Below, one piece after another: positions 34,196 through 42,320 of a stretch of DNA of 42,320 bases; position 1 is the first letter of the stretch, and each line of letters starts with the position of its first letter. Source of the DNA: Catajapyx aquilonaris (Eukaryota). The notes under the pieces are model-generated. The model was not told the origin of the DNA and made no database searches. It was given only the letters and a program-made list of their open reading frames with translations. The stretch is taken from assembly GCA_000934665.2 (NCBI GenBank), contig JYFJ02003401.1, positions 1-42,320 on the forward strand, given 5' to 3'. The translations under genes were made by a program, and so were the position numbers.

Positions 34196-36537
34196 TACAT
34201 CGGCATGAAAATTATGGCTATGGTCTAAGGTTATAGCAGGGGAACGCAGGCTCAAAATTTTTCGGGATGCATAAACTGTTTCCTGCAGCAGCCGGTGGCC
34301 AGACCGGGAACCTCCCACAAACCACCCCCTCAGGAGGGCTACGTCACCGCGTGCAATCACTCCGGTAGCATGCGCGCAGGCTTCTACCAGCATAGAGGTC
34401 CAGGCGGCCAACTTTGTTTGGCTTGGAGAACAAGCTCCTCAGAGGTTGTAACATGCACCAGCGAAACTTTGCCAGGGTCAGGCTACGGAGGTTGTGCAGT
34501 CTTCCGATCCCATTCTGAAGGTGAGTGTCAGTCAAGATGGTACAGTCTTGGATATTCAGCTCCTCCAGCAGTGGGAAGCGTGCGAGGAGAAGGAAGGACT
34601 TCGGGTTGACGAAGCAATTAAACGTCAGCTTACTCAGCCGCCTCCCCACGCTGCGGGCCAAAACTTCTACTTCCTTGTCAGCATTGTCCATGAGAAGCGA
34701 CACGCTGGTGAGATTCGGCCAGTTTTGCCTAGTGAACTTGCTTGATGGCGGAGGGAAACTTCCAACACCTATGGTTATCTCTTCTAGCTCCTGGCAGGAA
34801 CTCAAAATGTCCAAGGGATGCTTTGAGTAAACGTCTTTCCAGTTGAACATACTCAGGCAGATGCTCCTCAGTGCACTGCACCTGTGTCGTAAAAATAAAA
34901 GTAATGAACTGGCCATAAGTGACACTTAACTTGCCTCCTTTACTTACTCCTGTACGATCAGTTCCAGCATATTCTGTGCCACATTGGTATCCTGAACACT
35001 GAGACGCTTCAGGTGAGGAAGCTTCTCCGCTACTACCTCCAGCAGCGAATCAACCTTCGCTCTCTGCCAGTCCGTCAGAGTAAGTGACTCCAGATGGGTC
35101 ATGTTGTCCACGATCACCTGCACTGATTCCTCCAGAGTCAGAAGGTGGGCATCCAAGACCATCTTCTTCCTGAGACCCAGCCACTCCTTGGCCACCCTGG
35201 ACCAATCTTGGCAAACCAGTGTGGTCATATGGATGGTTTCCTCCTCCAGGTACGAGAACACCTTTGCCTTCATCTCATCGGGCAGGTTGGCAAATGTCTT
35301 GGCGCTAGCCTGCAATTGTCAAGAAAATGCTCAAGTATGCAAACAAGTATTGCATAAGCCCTGATCATTTTAAGTACATGTGTCGTGCGTCTCTGCTGCC
35401 CAATTACCGAGATAATTAGCTCATCGTCATCCTGCACTCACTGTTGCTTCTCCTTTACAATGTTGGCTGCTATCTCCATTCGCCTTGGCTGCAAGCGACA
35501 CACAAAACTGCTTCTCGTCACTGATCTTGGCATCGGCCACTGATTTTCCCGCCATCTGCGCCTGCACCCCCGAGACACCCATGCCACCAGCAATCTGAAA
35601 CAAAATGAAACCGTAACAAACCAAACTCAGGATTGCATCTGCACATACACAAAACAAGTGACAACAAAGGACCACTTTATCATGTATTAATTTAAATTAA
35701 CCCATAGTTTAAGCAATTATTACTTTTTCTCATTGAAAAAAAGGCTCATGGAACGGCCCTGTCCATCTGTGTGTGGACAGGTATCAGGGCCTGAACAGCA
35801 TAAGATAGCGACAAACATTTTTTGGATTCAGCTGACCCTAAATTAGGTTTCATGGACAACATCCTGTGCCCGGCCACATCCGATTTTACTGAGCCCACTC
35901 CATCCACCAAGGTCAAGTCTACATGCTTTAGGCCAGTATCTTCGACGTCTCATGCAAACCTTGCGACGGCCCCGGGTCCGCCCTAGCTAGCTCATACCAA
36001 GCAAACTCGGGGTTCCTGGAGCACTGGTTTTTATTGACCTTCTGGGTCCCAAGCTGCTTGAGTACAGACTGGCCCTTGTTAGGTCTCCCCTCCATCGGAG
36101 CCCCCGCAAGCGGCTATCAGCGATTATGTCACCCTGGAATCAACTGACCTGGCATGGCAGAGAGGAATCTTATGGCCTCGCTCTGGACATTTGACCCCAG
36201 GCATGGGTGGCACTTTAAGTTAACCGCCCCCGCCTACGTGGCCAAATCCGGCGTACAGCCCATTGACACCTTGCCTGCCCACCTTGCGGTCCTCAAAACC
36301 AGGACAACGACGCTGCCGAATTGGCACGCCAAAATAAACCTCGGCTGCTCCATCAACCGACACCACGTCTTGAACCCCAGTAGTAGTTAATTTTGTTACT
36401 TAAAAATGTGATACTCTCCCTGGCAGAACCCTGTCAACTCCCTTCTGCGAGCGCCTCCCGCAGGTTTGCGAGAGATGAAGATTACGGCCTTAGAGGTTGC
36501 TGGGCAACGAGAAATGAGGCTGACAACACTCTACGTC

Positions 36538-36597
<60 letters not shown>

Positions 36598-36935
36598 GAT
36601 ACCCCGTGATAGGCCTCCATGGTCCTCTTAGGGCATCATCTTTTAAATACCCAAACTTTAATAATTTCCTGCGCTGTGATGGATTTTGATGGCGGGGGAA
36701 ACGAGAGAACCCCGAGAAAACCCACGTGAACACGGAGAGAACCCATCGAAACTCTATCCACAGAAGTATCCTCCGTCTGACCCAGGGATCGAACTCGGGA
36801 CCTCAGAGGTGGAAGGCAAATCACATGCAAGCGTGATTCGAGTAGACCTTTCCTCGTTGCCAAGGAAATTCAAATTATTGGACAACTATGACAGAGTGAG
36901 GGCGGCATGGTGGCAGAGTGGTTAGCGCCGCAGCT
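36538..36935 (-). mobile_element. tRNA-derived SINE (V/Meta-SINE-like central domain) with (ATT)n tail and rearranged head
   Basis: Minus strand: B box gagttcgatccc, central cgtgggttttctcggggttctctcgtttccccc, (att)~19 tail. The A-box head appears inverted at 36900-36935. Confidence 0.8.
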
Positions 36936-37027
36936 AACCACTCCGCCCTGTCATAGTTGTCCAATAATTTGAATTCCCTTGGCAACGAGGAAAGGTCTAC
37001 TTGAATCACGCTTGCGTGTGATTTGCC
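36815..37027. repeat. 80-bp inverted repeat with an inner hairpin
   Basis: 36815-36894 is the near-perfect reverse complement of 36948-37027. Confidence 0.92.
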
Positions 37028-37777
37028 AATCTATAGCATTAAAGTGCTTGCGGTGTGTGCGTATAAGCCATCTGATTGGGCCACCGCATATTGTTACCGC
37101 CACCTCCCCATTGGCCCGCCATCGTGTGCCACGGGGGTGTAAACAACTCCTGGGTCGCCGGCGATACTGTCCATTCCTTTCTCTGTATTGTTGCCCGGTC
37201 GGCACTACTGTGAAGTTGCGAATAGTGTCGTTGGTCTCAGCGGGTCGTGCAGATACAGGAAGTAATGTTCAGAGACCTTTTAATGTAAATTTGGTATTTT
37301 TATTTTTTCAAATTAATTTTTGATTAATTTTCACCTTTCTCCATGGCTTCTCCTCTTCCTCCTTCACCCCCCTGCAGCTGCCCATGCCCTCCTCCTTCAT
37401 CCTCTTCGTGGTGGCCCGTGTCTCATCCACAGTGTTCCAACCCTCCTCCTCCTCCTCCTGGGCTTCTCTCTTCATCTTTCCAGTCTCCATCATCATCCAG
37501 TGCTGTCCTCCAAACAATCAAAGCCGCAACCGAATTGTACGGGGCTCCCCGAAAGAATAAAAAAATTAAAAATCAAGATAAATATTTTCGGCGTGGCGTC
37601 CCTTCCCGAAATTCCCGAACAACATGTTGCCAGGTTCACTATTTCGAACGGACGTAAACCAGACATGTTATTTTTAATACGAATGTATTTTTTTCTACTT
37701 TTACATATTATAATATTAGCCCGTTGCTCATTTTTTACATCATTAGTAAAATTATTATTTAAAAATAAGAATGCTCT

Positions 37778-37870
37778 CGGCTGCGTCCGGATTTGGAGTG
37801 ACGTCCCTGGTTGCGTCCGAATAGAAGTAACAGAAGGAACGGACTGGGAGCGACGGCCGGAACGCACCCA
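37778..37870. promoter_or_regulatory. Promoter cassette core (copy 10)
   Basis: gctgcgtccggatttggagtgacgt..gttgcgtccgaat..ggaacggactgg..ggaacgcaccc; both YY1-like arms degenerate. Confidence 0.65.
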
Positions 37871-38040
37871 CGTACATCGATAAGTGATTATCGAGCTGTA
37901 ATCGACTTTAATTATCAATTTACTGCTCATTATTGCCGCGAATTATCGCAGGAGAGGTTACATGAGGCAGTGACGCGCCTGTCAGATACCTCATGCGAGT
38001 GATTGTGAATAAATAAAACAATGAGGCTCACTCTCTTTAA

Positions 38041-38167
38041 CCCTGTAATGTCCACTGGGTCATATCTGGCACACACCTTAGTGCAATTTTTGCCATTTTT
38101 ATATTTCCTGTAAGTGCCAAATTGCTCTAAATGGTGTGCCAGATATGACCCAAGGGGCATTACAGGG
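38041..38167. mobile_element. piggyBac-type MITE
   Basis: TTAA|ccctgtaatg.cc..tgggtcatatctggcacac ... gtgtgccagatatgaccca..gg.cattacaggg|TCAA. Confidence 0.8.
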
Positions 38168-38909
38168 TCAAGTATTTATTGCAATTAAGAAGTTCAACCC
38201 AACAACAAACTGCATGTTGATAAATACACAGCATCATGTGTAATACTGGCCATGAAAACAATGTAACTTTATCGTTCAAAGGCAACATTTTAGTAACAAC
38301 TTTCAACAGTAACATAATCTCGTTCTTACATTATCCATCATTATTGGTAATGAACTAACGATCCTTCCTTAAATGCAAACTGTTATCGGCCAGCTACTTG
38401 TGCTCATTGCTTGATGGAAAAACTCTCTTGCTGTTTGCACCAGCTTCATTTCAATTTAATACATGGTTCGGCATACAAGTACTTTGCATGGATTCAGATA
38501 CACCTTTTATCACATGATTGTCAATAAATAAGACACCGCAATCCCACTCAAAATACTGGGTTCGCAATATTGAACACAACAAACGGTATGTGGGGAAAAC
38601 AGGGCTACAACATAATAAAATAATACTGGCAATGACAACGATGTAACCGATTGGTTTAAAAGCAACATTAGGAACAACTTTCAACAGGAACTTCATCTCA
38701 ATTGTTGAGCACTTTACATCCTTGCTGGTAATGATCTTTGCTTAAAAACAACCTGGTCACATTTTAATCACTTTCAATCACTTTAAAAAAAATCCCCGTT
38801 CATGCCAGGCACGTTCGATCCCCGTTAACCAGTGGAGGATCTGCACAATTGTTAATTTGTCCACCTTGATGAAGCTCGCACTTGACTGTTGATGCGCAGC
38901 AGGGAAATC

Positions 38910-40636
38910 CTATGAAATGACGTAGACGTGATCGATGCGTGGCTCGAAGGAGGGAAATGCGAAGATTTGAAGAGTGCTGCTGGCAGCCTGCAACTTATCG
39001 AGGGCCTCCGCACTCCGGTCCAGGTGCCAGCACCAGATGAGCTCAAGGCGCTGGAGTTTGCGGCATCTCCTCACCAGCTTCAAGAGCGAGGCATTGGTGA
39101 CCCCATGGGTGTGCACCAAGCGGAAACGAGTCAGAAGAGGGCACTTCGCAGCAATGGCTGATATGCAACTGTCGTCAAGAGCTGAGCAATATGAAAGGCT
39201 GAGCATCTTGAGGCTACCCACAACAAGTGGCTGGTAGAAAAACCTCCCCAAATCCCATGCACAGCAGGTGACATTTTCCAGGGTCAAGCTACGAAGGTTG
39301 CGCAGTCTCCCAATCCCACCGCGCAGTTCCCTTTCTGTCAAGGAGTAACAGGTTTGGAGTTTCAGCTCCTCCAACTGAGGGAAGCATGCGAGGAGAAGGA
39401 AGGACTCTGGCATGTTAAAGGAATGGATGTGGAGCTTCCTCAGCTGGCTCCCCAGGCTGCGGGCAAGCACCTCCACTTCCCTGTCAGCACCGTTTATGAC
39501 AAGCGACACGTCTGTGAGTTTCGGACAGTTTATCCCAGTGGCCCAACTCAATAATCTATGAGGCATTTGGCCAGCTATGGTTATTTTCTCCAGTTCCCGA
39601 AACGAATTCAAAATGTCCAGGGGATGCCTGTAGTGCCAGTTCCAGCTTCTCAGGCGGAAGTCCCGGAGTTTGCTGCACCTGCATTGTAAGAACAAAATGA
39701 TGAACTGTGACACTCGATGCCCTATTTCCACCAAAACTTTTTTACTTACTTTTGTGCAATCCGTTCCAGCATATTCTGTGACACCGCAGTATCATAAATA
39801 ATGAGACACTCGAGAAGAGGAAGATTCTCAGCTACTACTTGCAGCAGGGAATCAGCATTTGTTTCATTCCAGTTCTTCAAGGCAACTGACTCCAGATGGG
39901 ACATGTTGCTCGTGATCATCTGCACAGATTCTTCCAGAGTCAAACGCTGGCTGTTCAAGGTCAGCTTCTTCCTAAGACCCAGCAACTCCCTGGCCACCCT
40001 GCACCAATCCTTGCAAACCAGTACGACACTCGTACGAAGGGTATTCTCCTCCAGGTATGAGAACACCTTTGCCTTCATCTCGTCTGGCAGGTTGGAAAAG
40101 GTCGTGACTTTAGCCTGTAATTGTCAAGATATTGCTTAAGTATGTACACAAGTAATGATCATATTAAGTACAGGTACTGTGTGTCTCTGGAGCACAGTAA
40201 CCGAGATAACTAGCTCATTGTCAACCCACACTCACCTTCGCTTCTGCTTGACAATGTTGGTTGCAGCCTCCCGCAATCTTGGCCTCACAAGTCACAAGGG
40301 TCTGCTTCTCATCATCATGAATCTTGGAATCGGCCCCTGATTGTCCCAGTGTCTTTGTCTGCACCTCCGAGACATCCAACCCACCAGCAATCTTAAACAA
40401 AATAAAAGAGTTGTAACTGTAAGAAACACATGCAATCATGCAATCATGTAAAAATTAACACGATAGTTCCAGGCGAAAGATTGACTGACGGTCAGGACTG
40501 GTGCGGTCACCTAAAAGCCATACAGATGACACCTACACAGGCGTCTACACAAATATTTATTGTATTTTTCACCTTTCTCCTGGGCTTCTCCAGAACCTCA
40601 TTCTCTTCGTGGCCCTTGTTTCAACAGTGTTCCAAC
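38910..40636 (-). pseudogene. F-box/LRR copy 11, 5'-truncated; exons 40391-40236, 40114-39750, 39678-38910 open; exon-1 remnant 40636-40573
   Basis: Exons 2-4 intact. Exon 1 lacks its METR start, ends in phase 2 relative to WNTVETRATKR, and no promoter cassette lies upstream. Confidence 0.7.
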
Positions 40637-40809
40637 GTATTGTAATTACAAGTTGCAGACAAAAATCGGTACGTTGGAAAATATGCAACAATGCAAAAAC
40701 CGGTTTCAAAAAGCAACATTAGTAAGAACTCTTGACATTAACATTCTTTTATGTAGTAAAAACACAACTGTTCTTACATAACAAATCCATATAGGTAATG
40801 AGCTTTCCT

Positions 40810-41172
40810 TAACAGCCACCTTTGCGTCTGCCTGCTGCTTCTGGCTGACCTTCTCCACCGGAGGCCCCTGGGTCTGTCCCGGAGCAGAGTTGGTCAGAAG
40901 AAGCGCAGGCTGGGAGTCCGAGGCTCCTCCTGCGTCCTTCCCGCCGCCTCTGGAGGTGGGAGGTGGGGCAGAATTGGGTCCGCCCCTGCCCCCACCTCCG
41001 CTCCTCCCTCCTCCAGAAGAGCTCATCTGTTTCGTCCCGACTCGGGTGGTGAACCTTGGTCTCTTGCAGACGGTGCCTCAAATAGGCGTGTTTGGGATCT
41101 CCCAATTCACTGGGAGCAGGGGTTTTGAAAGGGGAAGGTGCTGCTTTTTTATGTACATGCACTATTTACAGT
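40810..41172 (-). other. Unidentified coding-like exon (Gly/Pro-rich), probably degenerate
   Basis: Acceptor tctttctcgtttcag at 41173; GC-rich codon-like sequence reading ELGDPKHAYL / GTVCKRPRFTTRVGTKQMSSSGGGRSGGGGRGG across an apparent frameshift. Family not recognised. Confidence 0.35.
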
Positions 41173-42100
41173 CTGAAACGAGAAAGAAAATGCCAAAATT
41201 AAGCCACAGTTCCCTTAAAACTTCCGCATCATTTTATGGATGTCCAGTTAATTTTCAATCAGCAAAAGGCGTACTGCAAAAATACATTCTTTAGAAGACA
41301 CTACATGCATTTACAGTGGAATTGCCCACAAAATTCAATTCCTGGCAACACTAGTTCTACAACACAAGTTGGTATTATTCCAATCCGCTAACAAATGAAG
41401 CAAACAAGAGCCCGGATACATTATTGCCAAGTAATTGCGTTTACATAGCTCTTCAATTATTTTCCAGAGAAGTACAGGTGTGCACTTGAAGATGGTCCAA
41501 TTTTTGAAAACAACCGGAGAAACAGGAGTCGAAAACAGGGCAGAAAAATGACCCAGGCTGTTAACCTTGCCTCGGTGTCGTATGAGGTCCAAGTTTACAA
41601 TCGCAGGCCAGAGAGGACGCCTCGCTTGCACTCCATGGGCAGTAAAGTGAGTCTGTAGCTAGATCAATTACCACACAATTAGTCTGCCCTTTAAGAAAGA
41701 AAAACAGCGTGGTAAGAATAACAAATCAATAACGCAGCCACGAATGGAAAAGTGTGCTCAAATTAATTCCATCCTCAAGGTGGAATCAATCGACTGTACC
41801 GCTGCTTTTGTTATGATCAAGTCGCCTCTCTGTAATAAATTAATGAAAGTGCTTGTTCAACGTAACTTGCTGCAAATTGACACACGAACACTGCAAAGTT
41901 AAAGCATATTTGTTTAAAAAAATCAGTCTGCATGTCAGCAAACGGATAACGCTTTAATATTTATCTTTGACATCATAGGCAATATCTTCTTGAGCACGAT
42001 CCCACCTGAACTACGATCAAACTGTCAACAGAACACACGCTTCAGCAATCAACAATGAAACTCCAGGCTGCCAACCCCAGCGCAACAATCACCAGGTGTA

Positions 42101-42320
42101 CCAACCCAGTGGTGCCAACCCTTCAATTACAGACCAGTGCAGTGGCGCCAACCCTTCCATTACAGACCGGTGGAGTGGCGCCAACCCTTCAATTACAGAC
42201 CGGTGCAGTGGCGCCAACCCTTCAATTACAGATTGGTGCAGTGGCGCCAACCCTTCAATTACAGACAGGTGCGGTGGCGCCAACCCTTCAATTACGAACT
42301 GGTGCGGTGGCGCCAACCCT
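42101..42320. repeat. 33-bp minisatellite (ggtgcagtggcgccaacccttcaattacagacc) running off the window edge
   Basis: At least 6 tandem copies seen directly. Confidence 0.95.

Larger units (their letters stand above)
34344..37496 (-). pseudogene. F-box/LRR copy 10, 3'-truncated; exons 37496-37335, 35594-35442, 35309-34948, 34881-34344
   Basis: Exons open, but homology ends at ~34400 (VGRLD), losing the last ~3 LRRs. Intron 1 is expanded to 1.74 kb by insertions. It may still be translated. Confidence 0.75.

Noticed and set aside
36393..36733. Poly-Asn / poly-Leu ORFs
   Set aside because: SINE (AAT)n tail.
3589..40139. Recurrent + strand ORFs (e.g. MADMQP..., ...SRYENTFAFISSGR) in many units
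   Set aside because: Antisense shadows of conserved F-box/LRR exons; starts and stops are not conserved.
42089..42316. 75-aa protein with 11-aa repeats
   Set aside because: Reading of a 33-bp minisatellite; no splice or homology support within the window.

Overview
Eukaryotic, intron-containing DNA; the parvin N-terminus suggests an invertebrate, probably an arthropod. The left end holds coding exon 1 of parvin (- strand), head-to-head with a spliced THAP/P-element-transposase gene (+). That gene has lost its catalytic core by internal deletion and would encode a ~234-aa KP-repressor-like protein. Most of the rest (3.3-40.7 kb) is a tandem array of ~11-12 minus-strand F-box/LRR (FBXL-like) copies with a four-exon plan: six look intact, one has a C-terminal frameshift, two are truncated and three are fragments. 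Between the closest paralogues, substitutions concentrate on the LRR concave beta-strand positions. Nine gene starts are preceded by one ~300-bp promoter cassette with outward-facing YY1-type motifs. Its right half resembles the region upstream of the THAP/P gene, where the same GGAACGGA motif is amplified into a minisatellite. Two unrelated genes sit inside the array: a 12-exon C14orf93/DUF4616-like gene that uses the same cassette and has an exon resembling F-box exon 2, and a decayed G2E3-like HECT ligase joined to an F-box fragment. Many MITEs, SINEs and LINE fragments lie in introns and spacers. All gene models were spliced by eye (GT-AG, phase-checked) and family calls come from motif recognition, not database searches.
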